Below, piece after piece: positions 31,196 through 41,643 of a stretch of DNA of 64,000 bases (positions are counted from its first letter, which is position 1; every line of letters starts with the position of its first letter). The notes under the pieces are model-generated. The model was not told where the DNA came from. It searched no databases and was given only the letters and a program-made list of their open reading frames with translations. Both the position numbers and the translations under genes were made by a program. Source of the stretch: Candidatus Brocadiia bacterium (GTDB lineage Bacteria > Planctomycetota > Brocadiia > CAIUPP01); contig JBEKCB010000013.1 in NCBI GenBank assembly GCA_050015075.1, positions 32,001 through 96,000 of the forward strand, read 5' to 3'.

Positions 31196-32644
31196 TCAGG
31201 CCCATTTGTCAAGATTGAAACGCCGTTTCGCGCCCGCCATGGCGCGAATCGGCGCTCCGCTCGAGATTCCGCGCGGCTCAAGCTCCTCCAGATCGAACTT
31301 TTTCATCTTCTTATAGAGAGTCGAACGGCTGATCCCCAGCTCGGAAGCGGCGTTCCGCTTGTTCCAGCCGGCGACGTTCAAAGCGCGCATGATCCATTGG
31401 CGTTCCGGCTCGTGCATCGCCTCGCGCAGCGGCCGGGGCTTGTGCCGCGGCGCCGCCTCCGCCGGGAAAGGCTTCGTGCAGAGCACCCACGACGGCAGGT
31501 GTTCCGCCAGCAGCATCTCGCCCCGCGCCAGCACCACGGCATGCTCGATGACGTGCCGCAGCTCCCTCACGTTCCCGGGCCACGGGTAATGCACCAGGCA
31601 CTCCAGCGCGCTCGGCGAAATCCCGCGCACCCGGCGCCGGTGCTGCAGGGCGAAGTGCTGGAGGAACTGCCGCGCCAGCAGCGGGATGTCCGCCACGCGC
31701 TCGCGCAGCGGCAGCAGTTGGAGCTTGAGCGTGCTCACGCGGCGATAGAGGTCCTCCCGGAACCGGCCGCGCGCGACGGCCTCCTCGAGCGGCGTGTTCG
31801 CCGCCGCGATCAGCCGCGCGTCGCTCTGGATCATCCGCGTGTCGCCGACGCGATGGAACTCGCCCGACTCGAGCGTCCCCAGCAGCCGCTCCTGGAGCGC
31901 CGGCGAGGCGTTCTCGATCTCGTCGAGCAGTATCGTGCCCCGGTCGGCCAGCTCGAACTTGCCCGCGCGCTCCGGGCACTTGGATTCCGGCGTCCCGCGC
32001 GCCTGGCCGAAGAGCTCGCTCTCGAGCAGCGCCTCGGCCGGCATGCCGCAGTTGGCTTCGACGAAGGGCCCGAGCCGGCGCCAGGAACAATCGTGGACCT
32101 TCCTGGCCAGGAAGCTCTTTCCCGCGCCGCTTTCGCCCTCGATCAGGAACGGCATCCGGCTGTCCGCCGCGCTCAACACCAGGCGCCAGAGCGCCAGCGT
32201 GCGCTCGTCGGCGGTGAAGAATTCCTCCGGCGCTTCCTTTTGCCAGGGCGGCGTGCGAGCCGCGCCCGGCGCCTCTTCCACGGCGGACAGGGCGTGGGCG
32301 AGCGCGCTCCGGAGCGAGGGCTCGTCGAGGGGAAAGACCGAAACGTAGTCGCTGGCGCCGGCGCGGATCGAGTGCACCGCGTCGCGGATCGAACGCTCCC
32401 GCCCCACGGCGATCACCGGCGGCCTGGCCCCGAAGAGAACTCCTTCATCCCATCCGTGACGATCATGCCCGTTCGGCGCGTCGGTCTGGAGCAGCAGCGC
32501 CCCGAAGGCTTTCTTCTCTTGAACTCGGCCTGCTTCTTCGAGCGAGTCGGCGATGCGCAGAGTATACCCCATCGTGGCAATGGCTCTCTGCACCGCCGCA
32601 ATGACTTCCGTGTCTGTAGAGACCAATAAAATTGACGCCGCCAC
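31196..32644 (-). CDS. degenerate sigma54 activator-like AAA+/HTH protein (no GAFTGA, pseudo-receiver)
   Basis: GESGAGKS, LLDEI, WPGNVREL and HTH intact; ESELFGQARGTPESKC replaces GAFTGA; start uncertain (GTG 32644 or 32653). Confidence 0.85.
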   Translation of the reverse strand: MAASILLVSTDTEVIAAVQRAIATMGYTLRIADSLEEAGRVQEKKAFGALLLQTDAPNGHDRHGWDEGVLFGARPPVIAVGRERSIRDAVHSIRAGASDYVSVFPLDEPSLRSALAHALSAVEEAPGAARTPPWQKEAPEEFFTADERTLALWRLVLSAADSRMPFLIEGESGAGKSFLARKVHDCSWRRLGPFVEANCGMPAEALLESELFGQARGTPESKCPERAGKFELADRGTILLDEIENASPALQERLLGTLESGEFHRVGDTRMIQSDARLIAAANTPLEEAVARGRFREDLYRRVSTLKLQLLPLRERVADIPLLARQFLQHFALQHRRRVRGISPSALECLVHYPWPGNVRELRHVIEHAVVLARGEMLLAEHLPSWVLCTKPFPAEAAPRHKPRPLREAMHEPERQWIMRALNVAGWNKRNAASELGISRSTLYKKMKKFDLEELEPRGISSGAPIRAMAGAKRRFNLDKWA

Positions 32645-32700
32645 TGCTTGCACCGCAAGAGGCTTAGCGGAAACAGTCCGACACATTGCCCGAACCGCCC

Positions 32701-32715
32701 GCAAACCTCATGCCA
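32701..32715 (-). promoter_or_regulatory. sigma54 promoter
   Basis: Minus strand TGGCATG-AGGT-TTGC. Confidence 0.8.
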
Positions 32716-32874
32716 CCCTTACAATCGAAAAGCTGCTTCCCGATGTGTGCACTGATTTGACATCTCCGGGGCTGACCATGCGCGTAACATGCTATGTAAG
32801 CTAATGTAATGACCTTAACGGCGCAGTGTTCAAAATTGGGAATTATTCGGCTCCATCTGCGCGCCTAAACGTGA

Positions 32875-32922
32875 TGTCGAGAACAGACAACACTTCGCGC
32901 GCCGTTTAGACAGATTTGGACA
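32875..32922. promoter_or_regulatory. TGT-N12-ACA boxes
   Basis: TGTCGAGAACAGACAACA 32875-32892; TTTAGACAGATTTGGACA 32905-32922. Confidence 0.55.
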
Positions 32923-33082
32923 TCAGCGAGTCCCGTTTCGGAGTCAGCCTTTCGACAGACCTCGTTTCAATCGAGATGCGGCCTTGCCGCTGGCATAGTC
33001 GCTGCCGGGATAGTTCTCCCGCGTTTAGTGAATGCGACGAAATCGTCGCAAGATAGAAGCCGAGATGGGCCATGGCTGGGCC

Positions 33083-36000
33083 TCAGAGCCGAAGGCACGG
33101 CCGCCGGATCTCAAGCAGGGGGCTTTCCATGAGTCCGCAGGGGACGAGGTTCCAGGCGTCGGACCACTGTTCGCCCTGGCTGATGAACTGCTCCGGCCCG
33201 ACCCAGGGCGGTGACTTTTCGGCGTAGTGAAGCGGGCCATGACTGTTGCGCCGATGGCCGAGGACCTCGATGCCCAGCTCGAAGGCTTCCCCCTCGATGA
33301 AGTCCGTGACGTCCGCCTCGTTGGGTTCCCAGCCGATGAACCCGGCTTCCCTGCCGTTGACCAGGACGCGCGCCGCCACGCCGTGGTAGCTCGGCAGGCG
33401 GACGAAAAGCCGCTCGCCATCCACCAGCCGAGGCGTCGCCATGGCCCGCCGGTAGCAGACCGAGCCGGCGTAAAATGGCAGGCCCTGTGCAGTCCAGTCG
33501 CCGATCTTCAATTGCTCGGGCGCGGCGACGATTAACGCCTCGCCGCCGGCCAGCTTCACGCCGAAGTCGCCCAGAAGATAAATGATCTCCAGCCCGTCGT
33601 TCTCCGTATAGGCGATGTCCAGGCGCAGCCGGTTCTCGCCGAGATGCAGCCAGGCAGGATCGAGCGCCCGCAGTTTCAACGATGGGTCCACCCACCAGCC
33701 GCGCGTCGCGTCCGAAGAAACCGAATGGCCGTTGATCGCAATCGTGAAACGTTCCGGCGATTCGAGCGCAAGGAGGAGTTCGCTTTGCGGCAGCGCGTCC
33801 GCGTGAATACGGTACTCCAGGACGACCGGGACGGACTTCTTCCTCGCCGGCTGTTTGCGCGCCCAGGGCTGGACCATCCCGCCGCTGCGCGCGGGAACGC
33901 CGAGCGTCCGACGGATCCTTCGGTCGAGGCGGAGGATTTCCACCTCGCCTTCTCCGCTCCTGCCGGCGATGCGGCAGCGGGCCTTGTCGAGGACGAGAAC
34001 GTTCCGTTCGGAGAGCGCGATCTCCCAGGGCCGGGCCGCCATCGCGATTCGGCGCACGAGGGTTGAAGTCGGCCGCCTCGCGAGCGAGCCGCGCGTTTTT
34101 CCCTTGGGCAAAACGAACAGCCGGCTGCCCAGTGCGGGCAGATTGGTGGCAATCTCCCATGCGCCGTCTTTCGCCCGTGTCGCGTTTGCGGCAAAGCGCC
34201 GGCCCGTGGACGGGTCCCATTCCTCCGGCGCGCCGGCGCACTCGGCGAAGCCGCGGACCCGGACCGCCGGCCATGCCGCGCGTCGCTCGCGGAGGCTCAG
34301 TTCTTCGTTGAAGCCCAGGCGGCTCCACTGCGCGGAGGTGTAGCCGGTGTTGCAGATGAAGAGGCGGAAGGCGTCGCGATCTTCCCGCAGCAGGTAGAGG
34401 ACGCCGCCGATCTCGTTCCCTGCGGCGTCCGTGATGGACACGCGCCGGCAGAGCGGGTCGAGCGCGGCGGCGAGTTTCGGCCCACGGGCCGGCGTCCGCG
34501 GGCATCGCCCCGCCAATGCGGCCGGCCCCGGATCGCGCACCGCATCCACGCAGGCCGCGAGCCGGCCCGCGAAAACCACCCTGCCTCCGGCGTCATGGAA
34601 CTGCTCAAGAAGGCGCAGCGTCGTCCGGCGCATCGTAGTCATCGGCGGCGCGAGCACGGCTTTGTAGGTCGCGCGGCCGACTCGGAGCGTCGGAGCGCCG
34701 TTCCGCCGGAAGACGCGCGCGTGGCGCGAGAGGAGTTCCTCATCGCCGTAGTCGAAATCGAGATGCCCGGCGAGGAGTTCGTCGCGCAGCTTCCCGAACT
34801 CCTCGTCCAGCCGCGCGCAGAGCGCCTCCTTACTCCAACCTTTCCGTACCTGGAGCCAGGTGCTTTCGACCGGGTGGATCACGAGCAAGTCGCGCACTTC
34901 CTCGCCCGGAGTGAGCGCCGCATTCAGCCGCGCGAAGTAGTCCTCCAGCTTCGCGTAATGCGTCCACCAGGGCGACTGCGCGCCGACCGGGGTCGGGTAA
35001 TCGCGCTTGATCTCGCCCTTCATCGTGTACCAGTACAGCATCTCGCAGCGCAGGTTGATCCCAAGGGCCGTCTGCCAATCGCCGACCGCCTTCAGGCCGG
35101 CGAAGGAAAGGTCCCAGCCGGTGCAGCCATAGGTCTCGGTAAAGCGCCACTTGCGCCCGAACTGCCGCGCGACGGAGCTGACCTGCTTGGCCGTGTCGTA
35201 GAAGCGCGCGCGCGCCGTCAGCAGGTCCATCCCCGGCGCCTGCATGTGCTCGTAGAACCGCATCGGCGCCGAGATCAACGCGACTTGTCGCGAGAGAGTG
35301 TCCTCCATCAGGACGTGACCGGTGAAGAGCAGGTGGTTCCGCGCGCACCAGTCGCCGATCTGTTTCGAGAAGGCGGTCACGAAGAGGTGCGTGACGAAGT
35401 CGAGGAAATGGTAGCGCGCCGTGCGCGTGCTGGGGCCCTCGATATCGTAGCAGAGTTCCGGCAGGTGCGGCAGTAGATCGTAGCCGTATCTCTCGCGGAA
35501 GAGTTTCGGCAGCGCGTCAGTCCAGGGGAGCGCGTTGGTCTCGCCGATCCCGCCTCCGTGGCGCATCATCAGGCCGGTGTTGGGCTCGTCGCTGAAGATG
35601 CCCTGCACGGTCCGTCCGAACTCTCGGCCGCACTCGCGGCGGTAAGCCTCGTGCGTCACGCGGATGAACTCGCGCACCGCTTTGGGGTTGAGCGTGTCCA
35701 GATAGGTCTGGCCGTTGTACCAGCTCGACGGCTCGGCGAGGCGCAGCTCGAAGGAGAGGATCTTTTCCCCTTTCGCGAGCCGCGGGCGGCGGCCCTTCGG
35801 GATCGGCCGCACGGACGAGGCTGCAGGCCCTCGCACCACGGCCGTGAACGCCGCGAGCGTCGCGGGCGTCCACCGGAACGCCGCCGGGTCATCCCACTCG
35901 AAGAAGCGCAGCATCCGGCTGCGACATGAGGGTTTCTTCGTCGCCAGTCCGCCGGCCGAGCCGGACGGCCAGCGCTCCTCGTCGTAGAGCCAAACCTCCA

Positions 36001-36265
36001 TCTTGAGCTTCTTCGCCTCGTCCATGCCAGCCTTGACGCACTCGAACCAGCGCCTCGACAAGTACGGCGTCGCCAGGCCCCAACCCGGGTAGATGAAGAA
36101 CCCGCCGAAGCCCATCCGGCGCATGACGCGGATTTGCCGGCGCAGTTCCTCCGGCTCGATCTCCCCGTTCCACGACCAGAACGACTTCCCGCGCCAGGCG
36201 GCGCCGGGGGAGGCGAACTCGCGCGCTATGGCCGATCGCGGCCGGGGCCGATCAGCGCTGCTCAC
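33083..36265 (-). CDS. large glycoside hydrolase, GH106 (alpha-L-rhamnosidase-like) type
   Basis: FWSWNG, MGFGGFF, WLYDEERWPSG.AGG, FSDEP, ETYGCTGW; GTG after AAGGAG. Confidence 0.75.
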   Translation of the reverse strand: MSSADRPRPRSAIAREFASPGAAWRGKSFWSWNGEIEPEELRRQIRVMRRMGFGGFFIYPGWGLATPYLSRRWFECVKAGMDEAKKLKMEVWLYDEERWPSGSAGGLATKKPSCRSRMLRFFEWDDPAAFRWTPATLAAFTAVVRGPAASSVRPIPKGRRPRLAKGEKILSFELRLAEPSSWYNGQTYLDTLNPKAVREFIRVTHEAYRRECGREFGRTVQGIFSDEPNTGLMMRHGGGIGETNALPWTDALPKLFRERYGYDLLPHLPELCYDIEGPSTRTARYHFLDFVTHLFVTAFSKQIGDWCARNHLLFTGHVLMEDTLSRQVALISAPMRFYEHMQAPGMDLLTARARFYDTAKQVSSVARQFGRKWRFTETYGCTGWDLSFAGLKAVGDWQTALGINLRCEMLYWYTMKGEIKRDYPTPVGAQSPWWTHYAKLEDYFARLNAALTPGEEVRDLLVIHPVESTWLQVRKGWSKEALCARLDEEFGKLRDELLAGHLDFDYGDEELLSRHARVFRRNGAPTLRVGRATYKAVLAPPMTTMRRTTLRLLEQFHDAGGRVVFAGRLAACVDAVRDPGPAALAGRCPRTPARGPKLAAALDPLCRRVSITDAAGNEIGGVLYLLREDRDAFRLFICNTGYTSAQWSRLGFNEELSLRERRAAWPAVRVRGFAECAGAPEEWDPSTGRRFAANATRAKDGAWEIATNLPALGSRLFVLPKGKTRGSLARRPTSTLVRRIAMAARPWEIALSERNVLVLDKARCRIAGRSGEGEVEILRLDRRIRRTLGVPARSGGMVQPWARKQPARKKSVPVVLEYRIHADALPQSELLLALESPERFTIAINGHSVSSDATRGWWVDPSLKLRALDPAWLHLGENRLRLDIAYTENDGLEIIYLLGDFGVKLAGGEALIVAAPEQLKIGDWTAQGLPFYAGSVCYRRAMATPRLVDGERLFVRLPSYHGVAARVLVNGREAGFIGWEPNEADVTDFIEGEAFELGIEVLGHRRNSHGPLHYAEKSPPWVGPEQFISQGEQWSDAWNLVPCGLMESPLLEIRRPCLRL

Positions 36266-36496
36266 GGCAATCTCCTTTTCAGTCGGGATTTCCCATTCGA
36301 CCGTCCTCCCGAGGGCGTTATGCCTTCGAACCTGTGGTTGAATCCGGATGGCGTCGTAAAAGCGCGGCAGGCGGCGAATCAACACCACGGCGCACGACGA
36401 GCGGAATCTCTCCCGACGCCCTTCTCAACAGCGCGGTGTTTCCCCGTTCCATCGTTCTTGCGTGTTGACGCTTGGCTGGTTTGAGAATGACCGGGG

Positions 36497-37309
36497 TTAC
36501 GAAGGCCGCCGCGTTTTCGCCGCCGCCAGCTCGGCCAGGAAATCGCCCATGCCGGAGATCAATTCCGCGCGCGGGCGGCTGGACAGCTCCGCGATCTTCC
36601 GCACCAGCGCGCTGCCGACGATCACCCCGTCGGCGGCGCGGGCCACGGCGGCGACCTGCTCCGGACGCGAAATCCCGAACCCCACCGCCACCGGCTTGTC
36701 CGTCACCGCCTTGAGTTTGGCGATGTGATCGGCCAGGTCGGGCGGCAGTTCATGGCGCGCGCCGGTGGTGCCGGCGACGGCGATATAATAGATGAACCCG
36801 CGCGAACGCGCGGCGACGGCCTTCATCCGCTCCGGCGGCGTCGTCGGCGCCACCAGGAAGACCGGATGCAGCCCGTGGGATTCCGCCAGCCGCGCCACCT
36901 CTTTCCCCTCGTCGGCCGGCAGCTCCGGGATGATGACGCCGTCCACGCCGGCGTCGGCCGCGCGTTGGAAATAGCTCTCCGGCCCGATGCGCCAGACGAT
37001 GCTGTAGGAGACCATCGTCAGGATGGGCACGTCGCAGCGCCTGCGCACGTCGCGGACCATCTCCAGGATCGGCTGGACCTTCAGCCCCTTCTCGAGCGCG
37101 CGGACGTAGGAACTCTGGATCGTCGGCCCGTCCGCCACCGGATCGGAATAGGGGATGCCCACTTCGACCAGGTCCGCGCCGCGGCGCGCGAATTCCTCGA
37201 TCAACGCGCCCGTGGCGGCCAGGTCCGGGTCGCCGGCGGTGATGAACGGCATCAGCGCCGCCGCGTTCGCCGCCCGCGTTCGCCGGAACGCTGCGTCAAT
37301 CCGGTTCAT
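36497..37309 (-). CDS. trpA: tryptophan synthase alpha subunit
   Basis: ITAGDP, EVGIPYSDPVADGPTIQ, VGFGIS, ADGVIVGSA. Confidence 0.97.
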   Translation of the reverse strand: MNRIDAAFRRTRAANAAALMPFITAGDPDLAATGALIEEFARRGADLVEVGIPYSDPVADGPTIQSSYVRALEKGLKVQPILEMVRDVRRRCDVPILTMVSYSIVWRIGPESYFQRAADAGVDGVIIPELPADEGKEVARLAESHGLHPVFLVAPTTPPERMKAVAARSRGFIYYIAVAGTTGARHELPPDLADHIAKLKAVTDKPVAVGFGISRPEQVAAVARAADGVIVGSALVRKIAELSSRPRAELISGMGDFLAELAAAKTRRPS

Positions 37310-37331
37310 CGAACCTCACCCCTTCATTCTT

Positions 37332-38019
37332 ACCACCAAGGCGCAAAGAGACAACGGCTTCCACCACGGAATACACGGAGCACACTGAATGACTTTCCTA
37401 AACAGCTTCAGTGTCTTCAGTGTGTTCCGTGGTAGCAATATCAGTTGGCGCTCTCGGCGCCATACGTCTTTCACCACGGAATACACGGAGCACACCGAAT
37501 AACTTTCCTAAACAGCTTCAGTGTCTTCAGTGTGTTCCGTGGTTGCAACATGAGTTGGCGGTGTTGGCGCCATACGGCTTCCACCACGGAATACACGGAG
37601 CACACCGAATGACTTTCCTAAACAGCTTCAGTGTCTTCAGTGAGTTCCGTGGCAGCAATATCAGTTGGCGCTCTCGGCGCCATACGTCTTTCACCACGGA
37701 ATACACGGAGCACACCGAATGACTTTCCTAAACAGCTTCAGTGTCTTCAGTGTGTTCCGTGGTTGCAATATCAGTTGGCGCTCTCGGCGCCATACGTCTT
37801 TCACCACGGAATACACGGAGCACACCGAATGACTTTCCTAAACAGCTTCAGTGTCTTCAGTGTGTTCCGTGGCAGCAATATCAGTTGGCGCTCTAGGCGC
37901 CATACGGCTTCCACCACGGAATACACGGAGCACACTGAATGACTTTCCTAAACAGCTTCAGTGTCTTCAGTGTGTTCCGTGGTTGCAATAACTGTTGCCG
38001 TTCTTGGTGTCTTGGTGGT
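37332..38019. repeat. six tandem 110-bp hairpin units inside ACCACCAAG outer arms
   Basis: Units start at 37361, 37471, 37581, 37691, 37801, 37911. Confidence 0.97.
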
Positions 38020-38027
38020 TAACTATG

Positions 38028-39215
38028 TTAAAGTTTTTGTCCAAGTTTCTCCGCCACCTCGACGCAGTCCTTGTCGCCGCGGCCGGAGAGGCAGATCACC
38101 AGGATCTCCTCCGGCCTCATCTTCGGCGCCAGTTCCGCGGCGTGCGCGACGGCGTGCGCCGATTCCAGCGCGGGGATGATCCCCTCGAGCCGCGAGAGCA
38201 GCCCGAAAGCGTCCAGCGCCTGCTGGTCCGTCGCCGAGACATACCGCGCGCGGGCGGTCTCCTTCCAGTAGCTGTGCTCGGGGCCGACGCCCGGATAATC
38301 CAGCCCGGCCGAGACGCTGTGCACCGGCAGCGTCTGGCCCTCGCTGTCCTGGAGCACGTACGAGCGGCTGCCGTGGAGGACGCCCACGGAACCTTTCATC
38401 AGCGTGGCGGCGTGCAGGCCGCTGTCGAGGCCGAGCCCGGCCGCCTCGACGCCGATCAACCGGACCGCCTTGTCCTTGACGAACGGGTGGAACATGCCGG
38501 CCGCGTTGCTGCCGCCGCCGACGCAGGCGACGACCGCATCGGGCAGCCGGCCTTCCTTGCGGAGCATCTGGCGCCGCGTCTCGCGGCCGATCACGGTCTG
38601 GAAATCGCGCACCATCATCGGGTACGGATGCGGCCCGGCGACCGAGCCGATGATGTAATGAGTCGTGGCGGAGGAAGCCATCCAGTCGCGCATCGCCTCG
38701 GTCATCGCGTCCTTGAGCGTGCGCGCGCCCGAGCCGACCGGCACCACGCGCGCGCCGAGCGTGCGCATCCGGAAGACGTTGAGCGCCTGCCGGCGGATGT
38801 CTTCCTCGCCCATGTACACCGCGCACTCGAAGCCGAAAAGCGCCGCGACGACCGCGGTGGCCACGCCGTGTTGCCCCGCGCCGGTCTCCGCGATGACGCG
38901 CTTCTTGCCCATGCGCCGCGCCAGCAGCGCCTGCCCGAGCGTGTTGTTGATCTTGTGCGCGCCGGTGTGGAGCAGGTCCTCGCGCTTGAGGTAGACCCGC
39001 GCCCCGCCGCAATGCCGCGTGAAGCGCTCCGCGAACGTCAGCGCCGTCGGCCGGCCCGCGTACTCGCGCAGGTAGTAGTCCAGGTCCTTGCGGAACTGCG
39101 GATCGCGCCGAGCGGCCTGGTACGCCGCGGTCAGCTCCACCACCGCCGGCATCAGCGTCTCCGGGATGAACCGTCCGCCGAAGGGTCCGAAATGTCCTTT
39201 TGAGTCGGGCAGCAT
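38028..39215 (-). CDS. trpB: tryptophan synthase beta subunit
   Basis: [47 protein letters not shown]. Confidence 0.98.
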   Translation of the reverse strand: MLPDSKGHFGPFGGRFIPETLMPAVVELTAAYQAARRDPQFRKDLDYYLREYAGRPTALTFAERFTRHCGGARVYLKREDLLHTGAHKINNTLGQALLARRMGKKRVIAETGAGQHGVATAVVAALFGFECAVYMGEEDIRRQALNVFRMRTLGARVVPVGSGARTLKDAMTEAMRDWMASSATTHYIIGSVAGPHPYPMMVRDFQTVIGRETRRQMLRKEGRLPDAVVACVGGGSNAAGMFHPFVKDKAVRLIGVEAAGLGLDSGLHAATLMKGSVGVLHGSRSYVLQDSEGQTLPVHSVSAGLDYPGVGPEHSYWKETARARYVSATDQQALDAFGLLSRLEGIIPALESAHAVAHAAELAPKMRPEEILVICLSGRGDKDCVEVAEKLGQKL

Positions 39216-39498
39216 CTGAACTCCGATCATCCGATCTTGACAACTTCTTTTATCCCTATCCCGATTCACCCATAGCAAAAATTCCCCCCGCTGGCAAGGG
39301 CAGGCGCGGAGCTGGAGCAACTTCTGCACAGCGCTTGCCGTTGACTCCGCACCCGCGCTCCGCACTTTACACGCTGAACTCCCCCGAAATTCCTCGCCCG
39401 GAATTCGCCCCGAATTCACGAAAATCCCCCGGAATTCGCATGAATTTGAAGCCCTGGCTGAAGGGCACAGCAACAATTCACAATTTCTTAAAAAATCC

Positions 39499-39527
39499 TT
39501 GACACGTCATTGACCGGGTGCTATAGT
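39499..39527 (+). promoter_or_regulatory. sigma70 promoter
   Basis: TTGACA-N17-TATAGT. Confidence 0.7.
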
Positions 39528-39598
39528 TCTGCGTGCGGCATGGTGTCGCTGACAGTGTGTTGGGAAACGGTGTCTTTTTGCGGAAGGAGGGAGTCGCG

Positions 39599-41338
39599 AT
39601 GGTTCGAAAGCCGTCGTCGTTCAGGTGGAGCGCGTTCACGCTCATTGAGATGTTGGTCGTGATCGCCATTATCGCAATCCTTGCCTCTTTGCTGCTGCCG
39701 GCGCTGATCGGCGCACGCGAGAAAGCACGGCGGGCGAGCTGCATGTCCCGTCTGCAGCAGATCGGTCTCGCGCTCACCGCGTATTCCGGCGATTATGGCG
39801 AATACTTGCCCGGCGACCCCAACTGGGGCGCGGGGAATGCCTGTCACTTCGCCGACGATGCTCAGATCGGCGGCGACTGCTCAAGCCTGTGCATCCCGTA
39901 TTCTCAGGGGATGGTCGGGATGGGGCCGCCGATAGATTGCGGTGCTAGTGAGTATGGCGCTTATTGGCTCGGGATGTACACCGACTCCTCCGGCTCCGGC
40001 CCGCAGACTCAGATCACCATGGGCTGGGAAGAGGGCGGCGGCGGTTATGGCGGGCCCATGTTTGACAACCCGGGCTCCTTCTACGGCGTGATCGCCTATA
40101 ACCGCGACAGCGTGTTTGACGGCAACACGAACATGATTGACACTCCCGCCAACTGGGTTGCGGGCAACTGCACCCTGGGACCGACGGGTCTCGGCCTGCT
40201 CGCCTCGGGCAATTACATCGGGGACCTGCAGACACTCTACTGCCCCACCGGCCAGGCCTATGACGCGAGCATCCCGCCGGGCAGTGACCTGAGCAGCGGC
40301 ACCGCTTGGTGGTGCTCCAACAGCCCGGAATGGTGGTACTCGGGTGAGTCCGCAGCCGGACAGAGCGGCGGCATGTGGATCAACACCTCCGTCCAGAACC
40401 TCAAGTTGCTGGGCGGCACCGACTCGAAGTACCTCACCCACGGCGACCTCACCTCCGTTGCTCACAACTGCTCAAACGGCAGGTCCATCGCCGACTACGG
40501 CTCATTGTTCCCGTGGTCAGGCAATTACGGCGGCATGGACCAGTATGTCCAACCGCCGGCCGGAACGCCCCCCACGGCTACCGGCACGTACGTGGCGTAT
40601 GGCGGAAGCGGGAACAGTGTCGTGATCGGCTGCGGTTATGCCTATCGCGGCACGGCGCACAGCAGCAGTGGTCTTCACATCACCCAGAACCTGTGGAGCT
40701 GCCGTACTACCAGCGCTCAGCTTAACGGCAACTTCCCCAGCCTCTACATCCCTGGCAGCGGCGCAGCGGACCCGACCGGCGTCAATCACTTCTACGACAG
40801 GATGCCGTCTCCGCGGTTCGTGCAGCTTCAGAACACCTGCCCGGAACGGAAGACCACCAAGCAGCTCGGTTCCTTGTCCGTCGCGTCTGACCGTTTCGAC
40901 ACCCATATGTACACGTTCAACCTGGGTGGCGGCGACAGGTGGTATGCCAACCCGTTCCCGTTCCCGATCGCCGGCATGGGCGCTTACGGACACAAGGTCG
41001 GATACAACGTCCTCTTCGGCGACGGCCACGTGTCCTGGGATGCTGACCCGCAGCAGTGGTGGGCTTGGTCGTTCAACAAGAACATGCACTGTTCCGCATA
41101 CGGTCACAATGCCACGCAAGCCCCGCCGTCCTTCTCGGGCGACGTGATTGCGAACTGCGCAACCGACATCAACGGCGGCTGCCCGAACTTTGCTGGCGGC
41201 GCCTGCGGCACGTTCGGTTACGGCATGGGAATCTTCACCATGTTCGACGACAAGTTCAACAACGAGGCCGTCCCGGGCTTCTATCTCGGCGATGGCACCG
41301 GCGTCAATTGGTGGGGACCGACCAACGATACTCCGTAA
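39599..41338 (+). CDS. prepilin-type N-terminal cleavage/methylation protein with H-X9-DG motif (DUF1559-like)
   Basis: [31 protein letters not shown]; [14 protein letters not shown]. Confidence 0.9.
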   Translation: MVRKPSSFRWSAFTLIEMLVVIAIIAILASLLLPALIGAREKARRASCMSRLQQIGLALTAYSGDYGEYLPGDPNWGAGNACHFADDAQIGGDCSSLCIPYSQGMVGMGPPIDCGASEYGAYWLGMYTDSSGSGPQTQITMGWEEGGGGYGGPMFDNPGSFYGVIAYNRDSVFDGNTNMIDTPANWVAGNCTLGPTGLGLLASGNYIGDLQTLYCPTGQAYDASIPPGSDLSSGTAWWCSNSPEWWYSGESAAGQSGGMWINTSVQNLKLLGGTDSKYLTHGDLTSVAHNCSNGRSIADYGSLFPWSGNYGGMDQYVQPPAGTPPTATGTYVAYGGSGNSVVIGCGYAYRGTAHSSSGLHITQNLWSCRTTSAQLNGNFPSLYIPGSGAADPTGVNHFYDRMPSPRFVQLQNTCPERKTTKQLGSLSVASDRFDTHMYTFNLGGGDRWYANPFPFPIAGMGAYGHKVGYNVLFGDGHVSWDADPQQWWAWSFNKNMHCSAYGHNATQAPPSFSGDVIANCATDINGGCPNFAGGACGTFGYGMGIFTMFDDKFNNEAVPGFYLGDGTGVNWWGPTNDTP

Positions 41339-41419
41339 GTGTTGACGAGCCGTTATTGTGTTAGCGCGCGATGGGCCGGCCCGCAATGGGCCGGCCCGCC
41401 GCGTTCCTGGGGCTGAATA

Positions 41420-41606
41420 ACCACCAAGGCACCAAGACACCAAGAGAGACTTAACCACGGAGCGATAGCGCGAGCCGGCGAGCGCTGCCTGTCGCCACAG
41501 ATAAACACAGACCAGGCCAAGAACGAAGTTTCTATCTGCGCTCATCTGTGTGCATCTGGGGTTCCCAAATCCGTTGCCGTTCTTGGTGTCTGGGTGACTT
41601 GGTGGT
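41420..41606. repeat. nested element: ACCACCAAG outer arms with a different (CCACAGAT/ATCTGTG) inner hairpin
   Basis: ACCACCAAGGCACCAAGACACCAAGA...CCACAGATAAACACAGA...ATCTGTGTGCATCTGGGG...TCTTGGTGTCTGGGTGACTTGGTGGT. Confidence 0.85.
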
Positions 41607-41643
41607 AAAAATGAAGGCGGTCCAGTAAGGAAAGGAGAGGAAC

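Noticed and set aside
37361-37990. CRISPR array
   Set aside because: The whole 110-bp unit is conserved, there are no unique spacers, and no cas genes are visible.
37411-38179. Short ORFs across the array
   Set aside because: They are translations of the repeat in shifting frames, with no RBS or coding bias.
39216-39480. trp attenuator leader peptide
   Set aside because: I saw no short Trp-rich ORF with terminator upstream of trpB.
41373-41397. Intrinsic terminator GGGCCGGCCC-gcaat-GGGCCGGCCC
   Set aside because: A hairpin is possible but there is no U-tract, so it is not supportable as a terminator.
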